64,000 bases of DNA from Octopus sinensis. Lineage: Eukaryota. A program made the position numbers and the translations under genes. Positions 53,590 to 64,000 of this stretch are shown one piece after another (position 1 is the stretch's first letter; every line of letters starts with the position of its first letter). The notes beneath the pieces were generated by a model that saw only the letters and a list, made by a program, of their open reading frames with translations, searched no databases and was not told the DNA's origin. The stretch spans positions 37,634,001 through 37,698,000 of the forward strand of contig NC_042997.1 in NCBI RefSeq assembly GCF_006345805.1, given 5' to 3'.

Positions 53590-54545
53590 TGAAATACCTA
53601 CGTCGCAGACCTGAGGAAACGCTCAGACTTCGAGTAAGACGTCTTAACAAAAGAAAAAAAAACGTTAATGCGGACAGGTGGGAGGAAACCCTATAGTCCC
53701 GAGGAGTCCTACCTAGCCGGTGGGGAGATCCAATTTTCCAGTAAGTAACGCTTGAAGTGGATACATTTAGAAAACACTTCTTTAATGCTGTTCAATGCAC
53801 CAGGTTTCTTATAGTCCTAAAGAATGTTTGTTCTCACCCCGTTGCTGATCTTGTAACAGCCACTTCCATTAATATACGGGTCCGGTTGGATCAATTAATT
53901 TCCACCTGATATCACACGGGGTCTCTAAATCTTCGCACATGTCAGGCTAGGGATGTGACAAAAAGTGTTTATTGGAAATCTGAAGGATGACTGGTAGTTA
54001 AGAAAACGTCACTAGAACGAAGAACTCGCAGATCCAACATATTTACACACATTAGATGTGGCCCTATTCGCACACAGGGTGACATATGACGTGGGGTGGT
54101 CATCTCCTCGATATCGAAGATTAATATTTGGTCAGCGTCTAAGGTAGCGTAACTTGGAACAGTGGATACCTTCTCCAAGTCGGTGGGCCTGGATAGGTTA
54201 TTATTTCTGGTGCAGCGCTTGTACTGGTGGCTCATTATCCGTGGTGGTGGTACAGGGTCTTTTCTTTGGGGATGCGAAACTTTGGGTAATACTATGTCCA
54301 AGATGTAAAGTTTTTGTTGTAATAATTACTGCTCTATTTTTTCTGATATATGATTTTTATCATATATATATATATAAAGATTAATCAGCCGAAATTGCGT
54401 GGATGATCTGGTTCTTGACTGAGGATAGAAAGCTTTGAATGTCCCGTCGTTGTTTTTTTTGTATCGCCTATCTGAATGTTTTGTTGTCACTTTTAGTATC
54501 ACCTAGTTGTCCGGATGTTTTGCGTTCTTGTCCCATTTTGTATCA
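53590..54545 (-). mobile_element. 5'-truncated Penelope-like element (GIY-YIG C-terminus)
   Basis: Minus strand KYVGSASSSF..RFLNYQSSF...PYINGS...LNSIKEVFSKCIHFKRYLLEN, with stops; terminal-repeat-like block at 54370-54545. Confidence 0.7.
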
Positions 54546-54642
54546 TATATATATATAAATATAATAATAATAATAATAATATAAATAATATATAAATATA
54601 TGCATATATACATACCATATATACATACATATATGTACATAC

Positions 54643-54713
<71 letters not shown>

Positions 54714-54887
54714 ATAAATATTAGGGAATAAATCCAAATTTACAGGGAAAAAATCAGATTTAGGATTAAATCGCTTTTATAGTAAAATATTATAAAATAT
54801 TATTAGAGACAAAACCACTATTTTGCAAAACAAACAAGGAAAGACTTAATCAATACATAAAATTTTAATAAATAGTCAAAAAAACCA

Positions 54888-54930
54888 CCACTACAATCGT
54901 TTCTTGTCTTGATCGACAATCTTCAGGTGG
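54888..54930 (-). ncRNA. Minimal type I hammerhead ribozyme (minus copy)
   Basis: Exact reverse complement of 54962-55004. Confidence 0.85.
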
Positions 54931-54961
54931 ACTTCCAATAATACACTGAATTATTGGAAGT

Positions 54962-55004
54962 CCACCTGAAGATTGTCGATCAAGACAAGAAACGATTGTA
55001 GTGG
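54962..55004 (+). ncRNA. Minimal type I hammerhead ribozyme (plus copy)
   Basis: CCAC-CTGAAGA-TTGTC-GATCAA-GACAA-GAAAC-GATT-GTA/GTGG: stem I CCAC/GTGG, 5-bp stem II, 2-bp stem III, GUA cut after 55000. Confidence 0.85.
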
Positions 55005-55129
55005 TGGTTTTTTTGACTATTTATTAACATTTTATGTATTGATTAAGTCTTTCCTTGTTTGTTTTGCAAAATAGTGGTTTTGTCTCTAATAATATTTTAT
55101 ATATATATATATATATATACATGCATATA

Positions 55130-56110
55130 TGAGTACAGGACGTCAAAATAGCGTTGAATACAATGAGAAACGAAAACATAAATACAAAAATATAGAAACG
55201 AACTTTTTTTCAAACAGCGAAAAAACAACAGAGTACAACACAAGGAATATATATATATATATTTATATACGGCCCACACGTTTCACCTCCATTAAACATA
55301 AGGGTTAACATTTCTACATCTTAATCAAATTGTGTATAATAAAATGAACACCTAAAGAGAAAGATATAGGCCAACACATTTTATGCCTACCCACAGCCTT
55401 TTGTAAGCACCAAAGCATAAGCTAATCAGTTTTTTTATATTAACAACGCCATGGCATGCAAGACTATTAAGTCCAATTATTTACAGGAGATACCCTAATA
55501 ACAAGTAAAGAAACTAACGAGCTAAAACTTAGCACCTACTTACATTCTTTTGTGAACCCTTAAAAGACCCAAGTTTATAAATACTGGAAAAACGTTTGAA
55601 CCTTTAAAGTTTACTTTGTAAGCGCAAAGGATTAAATCCAATAAAAAACCAATAATCACTAAAACTAGTGTCATATTCCGTACCTACCTATTAAAGCAGA
55701 CACACTTAAATATTCCCACCTGCTTACAAAGTTCTACATGCATAATTAAATACTAAACAATAACATGATCCCGAATTTAATCAAGAAAAATTTCTCTAAA
55801 GCATCTCTCCATACAAACCCATCCTACAACCTATTTACTACTCCATTCAAACGCGCATGCCCAAGGGAAATTTTCACTCAACGGGGACTATATAAAGCCA
55901 AGATTAATTTCAAGGCTTGGCTGCTCGTCCATGAGTTGACTGGCCAAAACTTCAAATATCCTTATTTACGACATGGGAATATGTTGAATAAAATTATAAT
56001 CAACTGCTCCACATGTATTTTATTTTACCCAAAGCCCTTCAGCAAACCATCGTATTTATACGCCTCAGATGATATATGTATGCTATGATGTAAACATGTG
56101 AACACATGTA
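55130..56110 (+). mobile_element. Probable degenerate Penelope-like remnant
   Basis: Terminal-repeat-like block at 55130-55250, weak post-RT-like peptides, and a decayed AGATGAT...GTAAACATGT hammerhead-like end near 56065-56100. Confidence 0.3.
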
Positions 56111-56125
56111 TCTATATTATCGTTC

Positions 56126-56365
<240 letters not shown>

Positions 56366-56913
56366 GAGTGAGAGAGCAGTGCATGCCATCAAAGTGACAC
56401 TGGGATACATATATACGAAGCCTAGTATACCCATCATGACTACTCGTCTGATAAAGATACACTAGGCACATGCATCACAACCATATATGCGCGACATGGC
56501 GATCTCATATCAAGATAAACAACACATGGTGAGGCCCAGTTAAAATTTTCTTCTGGTTGAGTAACCCATCCCGCTCAAAAGGTCCCTGAATAAGGGTTGT
56601 TTAAGGATGTTGAACGAACCATACATGTTTCCAGATGTGAATAATTCAAACCCCAAAGAATTCCTCTCAACATATGGCTATGATGCTCCTCCACTACTTT
56701 TGCTCGTGATCAGAGATGGACATATCGTCAGCCACTAAGAGACATGCTCAACAAGTTAAGGTCAAACAACTAACAAGCAAAGCTGTGGTTTGGAGCAGAA
56801 TATTTGCTGTAGCCCATCTTTTATACCAAGACAAAACAATGTACATGATAACACTTCTAATTATTTAAGATCAGAAGCCACGAGAGCCACTGCCTGGTAC
56901 TGCATCAGGGCAT

Positions 56914-56915
<2 letters not shown>
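56366..56915 (-). mobile_element. ~550-bp non-coding (TAA)n-embedded element, apparently complete copy
   Basis: Homologue of 12891-13341; (TTA)n on both sides. Confidence 0.8.
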
Positions 56916-56949
<34 letters not shown>

Positions 56950-56964
56950 ATTATTATTATTATT

Positions 56965-57059
<95 letters not shown>

Positions 57060-57099
57060 CGTCATACACTTGTTTTTGTTTTTGTAAGGCAGAAATGTG

Positions 57100-57320
57100 G
57101 CAAAAATGTTAGCATGCCAGAAGAAATGCCTAGCTGTATTTCGTTTGCCGCTACGTTGTGAGTTTAAATTTCGTCCGTCGTTAGGTTGTGACGTCGATTT
57201 TTGCCTTTCATCTTTTCGTGATCGATAAATTAAGTACCAATTGCGTACTGAGGTCTACCTAATCGATTGCCCCCCTCCCTTAAATTTCGTGTCTTTTTCC
57301 TAGAGTGGAAAAGATTAATT
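57100..57320 (+). mobile_element. Diverged SINE family A variant
   Basis: GGCAAAAATGTTAGCATGCC...GCCTTTCATCTTTTCG..ATCGATAAATTAAGTACC. Confidence 0.65.
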
Positions 57321-57594
57321 AGATTTAACTCATCACTCTACGAAATGTTACACCCTTCTCTTAAACTGAAGTTTTGACATCCAATCCTGGGCAAACCACT
57401 AAGTCATCTAAGTTTGCTATCTTCATGAATAGTGTACTGAGAATAACCACATAAATTCTTTCAATAAAATTTATACCTTCAATAATTTTCATAGTAATTA
57501 TCTCCATTAATACAATCGTATGTTATACGGAGAGACAAAAAGAGAGAGATATGAATACATATATGTATACATGTATATATATATATATATATAT

Positions 57595-58017
<423 letters not shown>

Positions 58018-58219
58018 ATATATATATATATATATCATATATATATATATATATCATATATATATATATATCATATATATATATATATCTATATATATAT
58101 ATATATATTATATATATATATATATACATATATATATTAGAAATATTAAAATTACTTAGTCTCTAAGCAGCGATTATTCTTATTTCTATAAGAATGCCAT
58201 ATTAATATGGCGATAACAA

Positions 58220-58265
<46 letters not shown>

Positions 58266-59670
58266 CATACATGTGTGTGGTGTGTGTGAGTGTGTAAGAT
58301 TCAGTTGGATTAGTTATTCAAGTTGAGGCACCTCGTTAGGTCGGAATAATATATACACACATTAATATTATATAGAGATAAAACTGGTGAATAGCTCCAT
58401 CACATGACCTTGATAATTTAATAGGCTGATCTGACCACAGATATTCTTTTTTAACCGATTACAATATGCACCTCCTTTATAGATAGACCCCAGACAAACG
58501 GTGCCACAGCTTTCCTTATTGTTAGAAGCAGAAATAATTGGGTCACTGGAGGTCGCGCATTCCTCTACAAACCTCTAAATTTCTCTGATCTGATTAAATA
58601 TACGCTATTTTGGTAAATCCATTCTCTCAATTGAAATTGTAGCAGAATCAGTGAAAATGTTTTGTTCCATAGATTTTAAAATATGTTAAATCATTTGGAT
58701 GATCCTTTATTGTAAATTTCATGTATTTATATGAGGAAAACGCTTTCTTTATAATGATATAGTGTACTAACTATTTAATTAAAGAAGTAGTTAGAAACGG
58801 CCGAAATGAATAGACACCTGTTTTTCAATTGATTCTTATCTACATTACATTATATTATATTATATCAGGTGGTGCTATTAAGTTACACATGGCCTGGGCC
58901 AGTACTGGCCAAAACCTTTCTAAGTTATTCTAAGTTATTATATTATATTATATTATACATATATATATATATATACACATACATGCACACATATATATTT
59001 ACACACACACACATTCACGCACAGACACACAGACATATGCCTTCAGCCTTTATCCTTTATTGTTTTAGTCATTAGACTGCGGTCATGCTGGGTCGCTGCC
59101 ACGAAGAACTTATATTTTAAAACCTGGCATTACTTTATTTGCCGACAGCGACACGACAAAGATACATGGACGCAAACACACCAACACCGATTGCAAACGG
59201 TGGAGGGGGACATACACACACATACACACACATGTACATACTTTCTGTGTGCTTGTGTGTGTATGTCTGTGTGTGTCTCCAGTCACCCAGTGTATTTGGT
59301 AGACGGAAACCGAAACAGACCAATTATATATATTTTCGATGAGTTTTTTTTAGCCTCCATCTGCAAAATACGCTCACAAGTTCTTGGCTCGAGGCTATTG
59401 TAGAAGACATTTAACTAAGATGACACGTAGCGGAACTGAACCCGAAACCATGTGGTTTGGGGGTAGTCAGGATGTACATAACATCTATTTATTTAGCACT
59501 TCCATACCTTTCAGGGACTCATCGTGAATAATAAATACTGAATCCTTCACACGGATGACAGCTGTAAATAAATAGGATTAATTCAAATCTTGAGTGCCTC
59601 CCTTGTCTTGATATATAATAGTAATACCAGCGATTATAATTATTTTTATTTTATCGCAATTTGATTTGTT

Positions 59671-59712
<42 letters not shown>

Positions 59713-60383
59713 CAGATAGATATATTCACAATATATACCTAAATACGTGTTAATATCCGTATATATATATACAGATATACATACGTATATGTATTTGTGC
59801 TTATGTGTGCGTGTATTGTGTGGCTGTGTGTGTGTATATGTCAATTTTATTTCATTAATAATATATTTTGCACATCCTTGTAGTTAATCGTAAATTGTTC
59901 ACAAAAGTTACTCTGTTTTCAGCTGTTATAAACTCCGACAGTCTAATCTTTTGATAATATAATCCTGCGACAAAAATCAAACAAGATCTTTAACTTTGAC
60001 TTTTACATTTATGTAACATCAATCAGGTGCATATTCCATGAGTAATGTAGTCTATCTCTATGAGTATTTTAATATTATCTCCTGATAAAAGTCTTACTTA
60101 CCTTGTTAATCTTGTATTTGTTTGCAAATCTGTTGTAAAGAAATTTTCAGCTCTTTTACTCTGTTACCCTTTTATTTGTTTCAGTCATTTGACTGCTGCC
60201 ATGCTGGAGCACCGCTTTCAGTTAATGCTTTTCTATTTAGCTTAATTTTGTGTTGTGTAGTACACTGTTATGTAGTGCACTGATTGTGAGGTTTCGTATA
60301 GTTATATGTGAAATGATTTTATCTTTCACATATAACATCCCCAACCGACAAATACGTAGCAATATTAATTGTAAAGTAATATA

Positions 60384-60703
60384 GGCGCCGCGTGGCTGTG
60401 TGACAAGAAGATTGCTTCCTAACCACATGGTTCTGGGTTCAGTTTCATTGCGTGGCAACTTGTGCGAGTGTCTTCTACTATAGCCTCGCGCCGACCAAAG
60501 ACTTGTGAGTGGATTTGGTAGACGGAATCTGAAAGAAGCCCGTCGTATACATATATATATTTGTGTGTGTGTGTCTGTGTTTGTCCCCCTACCATCGATT
60601 GACACCCGCTGTTGGTGTGTTTACGTCACCGTATCTTATCAGCTCACCAAAAGAGACCGATAGGATAAGTACTAGGCTTACAAAGAATAAGTCCTGGGGT
60701 CGA
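60384..60703 (+). mobile_element. SINE family B
   Basis: Collinear with 11332-11742 but lacks the last ~60 bp. Confidence 0.85.
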
Positions 60704-60739
60704 TCCAGCCGTTTCAGTGGAGGGTGTAAATCGACAATA

Positions 60740-60895
60740 CCAACCACAGTATTCAACAGGTATTTATTTCATGAAACCCGAAAGGAGAAAAGGCAAAATC
60801 TACCTCGGCGGAATTTGAACTCAGATTGTAACGACGGACGATATGCTGTTAAGCACTTTCCTCGGCCTGATAGCAATTCTTCCATCTCACCGCCT
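60740..60895 (-). mobile_element. Diverged SINE family A 5' fragment
   Basis: CTCGGCGGAATTTGAACTCAG and family A head remnants. Confidence 0.6.
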
Positions 60896-62977
60896 TCTTG
60901 GGTGTATTGATATTAGCAATTATGTAGGCAACATACAGACAGAATTGTAAATTAAGTACTTACTGAGTATTGGAGTCTATGTAATCGACTCTAACCTCTT
61001 CCCCCGAAATTGATGGCCTTGTGATAAAATATAACCAATATTACTAAACCTAGTGATAAAATATAACCAATATTACTAAGCCTAGTAATACCTGCAAATG
61101 TTCCATAAGTCAAATTGCTAGGAATTGCTAGAATTTATATAGTCTACCATAGCATATATCAATGTTATAGTTTATAGATCAGACAAAGGTATTACAGCCG
61201 AGTTTGAACTGAGAGCATATACGACGCTATTAAATAACACTACACTTTAAATTCAGTATTTGACTGACTTTTGTCAACGTTCCACTTTTGATGATTTATA
61301 GAAGAGACTTAAAGACATTTATTATTGAAGAAAGGAGCAGTCGTTTTGAGAAAACTTATTATTTGAAATGTTGGGCTACTACAAAATAGCAATAAGATTA
61401 ATATAGCGAAAAACGGTCAAAAGAATTTGTGCTGACATTCTTTAGTTGCAGGCTTTTTATTTTTATTTTTTACACTTTAGTCACAGATTATTCCTAATTG
61501 GTAAGCAAATATACCGTGTCCTCAAAGAGTGATTTTCTTTTAATCCATAGTCAATCTTCCCGTACCATTTTGGCAAGTCCTCTATTAAGTCCACCGCGGC
61601 CATCATTCTTAACATGCTACGAAGCGAATTGACAAATTTCGACTTATGCATATTTGAACACTTGATGTAAAGACTCTTAACTAAATACCACATTTCCCCT
61701 GTACTGTAGCGTTCCACCGTAATAAAAGGCATGCGATATATATTAATGATAATAAGTATATAAACATAAACATACTAATAACATCGATATTAACAATCAA
61801 AAGTCAAATATGATATATGTATTTTGCATTTTCGGCATCTCTTGCTCATGGGTTCATTTATATTCATCTAGGCATTGAGCCAATTTTAAGCAAGATACCT
61901 GCCGCACACGTATATCTCTTTACGCGTCGCTACATACTTCAGTCATATATTTTAATATAAACCTTAGCTCTATCTGACATCAGAAGACATTTGCATTCAC
62001 TGGATGGTTTTATCAGATACTTAGAGCAGTTCGGGGAGAAGATATGGTTTAACCTTCGGCATACAAGTGAAAACCAGATCCAAACAGCTAGCTATAACTC
62101 ACTCTCTTTGATCAATGTATAATAGATATATTGTCTTTACAGTTTTATGTGATATGCCATAGCGAGTCCTGATATTAGATTATTTCGTGTACAATTACCT
62201 TTATCATGAACTTGTAAAGCATATCCTATAGAGAATCCTATCTAGATACATTGTTAGTACACAAAGAGATTAAAAGGTATAGCTTTAAATATTTTTATTC
62301 GATGGCATGCGATACATGTTTTGATAGATTAATATCCAAATCAGAATATCTTTATGGACATACTGCATATACAGTAAGTGAACAAACGACATTCTTCGTC
62401 CATCCTATATTTTTTTCACAACCACGTGAGGCTGGTAAATATTCATAATGTGGTAGTAACTGAAAATGAACATCAGACCAGTTTTTTTGAAAATGTGATT
62501 CCAAAGGAAATTCATAAATATATTTCCAAAAATCTCTAATATAGATTAGAAAGAAAGCAGAAAAACTATCTGTAGGAAAAAAAAAAAAAATATGAAACTT
62601 ATTTAAACAGCAATGTAGGTCAAATCCTATATTACAATAAAAAATATAAAAAACTTGTAACACTAAAATATACGTATGGAAATGCATTAACGTCGATTAT
62701 AAATTCATCCTAAAAATAATAAAAATTCGCTTTGAGACTACACTGATAATATGTTTTAATAATTCTTTGTGCGTGTGGGGCGGGGGATGTATTCCACTTC
62801 AAAATGGTAAACAGCGTGCTCCAGTAATTTATAGGAATCCAAATGGAAAACTCACTTATTTATATAATTGCTTTTATTTATTTAGTACTGCGTGTATTCT
62901 CTGTATGTAGTGGGGAAAAGAATGAATGAATACTTTTCATTATGAACTCAATCATTATCTAAAGTATTCCAAGTGAA

Positions 62978-63475
62978 TTGTAGTAGTAGTAGTAGTAGTA
63001 GCAGCAGCAAAATGGGGAGGAGGAGGAAGAGAAGGATGGGGGAGAGAAGGATGAGGAGGAGAAGTATGAGGAAGAGAAAGGGGAGGAAGAGGAGGAAGGA
63101 GGAGGAAGAGAAGGAGGCGGAAAAGAAGGAAGAGGAAGGGAAGGAGGAGGAAGGGAAGGAGGAGGAAGAGAAAGAAGAGGAAGGGAAGGAAGTGGAAGAG
63201 AAGGAGGAGGAAGAGAAGGAAGAGGAAGGAGGATGAAGAGAAGGAAGTGGAAGAGAAGGAGGAGGAAAAGAAGGAAGAGGAAGGAGGATGAAGAGAAGGA
63301 AGTGGAAGAGAAGGAGGAGGAAAAGAAGGAAGAGGAAGAGAAGGAGGAGGAAGAGAACGAGTAGGAAGAGGAGGAGCAGGAAGTGAAGGAGGTGTATTGG
63401 CTGCAGTAGTGGTCATATTTACAGTAGTAGGAGTAGGAGGAGGAGGAGGAGCAGTGGCAGTAGTGCTTATATTTA

Positions 63476-63527
<52 letters not shown>
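62978..63527. repeat. (GTA)n-flanked GAG/GAA low-complexity tract with internal short duplications
   Basis: Direct reading. Confidence 0.92.
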
Positions 63528-64000
63528 TGAAGATACTGTTGTATTGAAACTAACATCATTGTAATAACACTTTTTGATAGAGAGTGTAATGTCGAACTAC
63601 GTATCTTCCAGGAATCAACGGAAATCAATGATACCGGCCTTATCCTAAATATAAATACAGATTCATCAGAATCTTTCAGTCACTATAACACCAATATGGA
63701 AACCCAAGCATCTTACAAAAAGTAGCATATAAAGTTGCCCTATTCACACTATTTTCCGGTGGCATACCAACCCTTGATTTTACAAGTCATCAGTGTATAA
63801 ATTGTTGGACCGGTTAGGTGACTCGCCGTCAACCCAAATGGGAAGATGTTGTTGAAAAACCCCCAAAATGATGAACCATCGACGTCCATCACTCCCAAAT
63901 GTGATTGAGGGAGAGTTACATCGCCTGTTCATGACTCTAAGGTTTTTTAACACCAGAGTGTTATATACTCCGTTACGCCATTGCAGCCACCGGAAAATAC

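Larger units (their letters stand above)
54791..55101. repeat. Near-perfect palindrome: 152-bp arms, 7-nt spacer (54943-54949), one mismatch
   Basis: Direct comparison of arms. Confidence 0.95.

Noticed and set aside
53605-53650. Hammerhead-like CTGAGGA...hairpin...AAGACGTC
   Set aside because: GAAA core absent and stem I does not pair; at most a decayed motif.
61566-61616. 51-nt minus-strand candidate exon (HVKNDGRGGLNRGLAKM or MLRMMAAVDLIEDLPK)
   Set aside because: Plausible splice sites but no homology recognised and the frame is ambiguous.
63543-63725. Open frame ending ESTEINDTG...QASYKK with an internal acceptor
   Set aside because: No start codon, recognisable motif or linked exon.

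Overview
AT-rich, microsatellite-dense eukaryotic DNA made almost entirely of transposon debris. The SINE and Penelope-type repeats suggest an octopus-type cephalopod (inference from recognition, no database search). No host protein-coding gene could be supported, and most track ORFs are translated microsatellites. Recognisable content: R4/Dong-type RLE LINE remnants in (TAA)n arrays, Penelope-like (GIY-YIG) remnants, two Tc1 copies, two non-autonomous Helitrons, a Gypsy gag remnant, CR1-like RT fragments, several tRNA-derived SINE families and MITEs. Two things stand out. (1) A ~480-bp repeat (33831-37008) carrying type I hammerhead ribozymes in tandem and inverted copies, plus a second, unrelated minimal hammerhead pair inside a 311-bp palindrome (54791-55101). 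(2) A 1.7-kb retroposon (34571-36271) with a 23-bp TSD and one intact 463-aa ORF1-like RRM/zinc-knuckle ORF but no RT or endonuclease. It sits inside the hammerhead repeat, shares its 3' tail with a local SINE family, and has decayed relatives at 21.2-25.6 kb.
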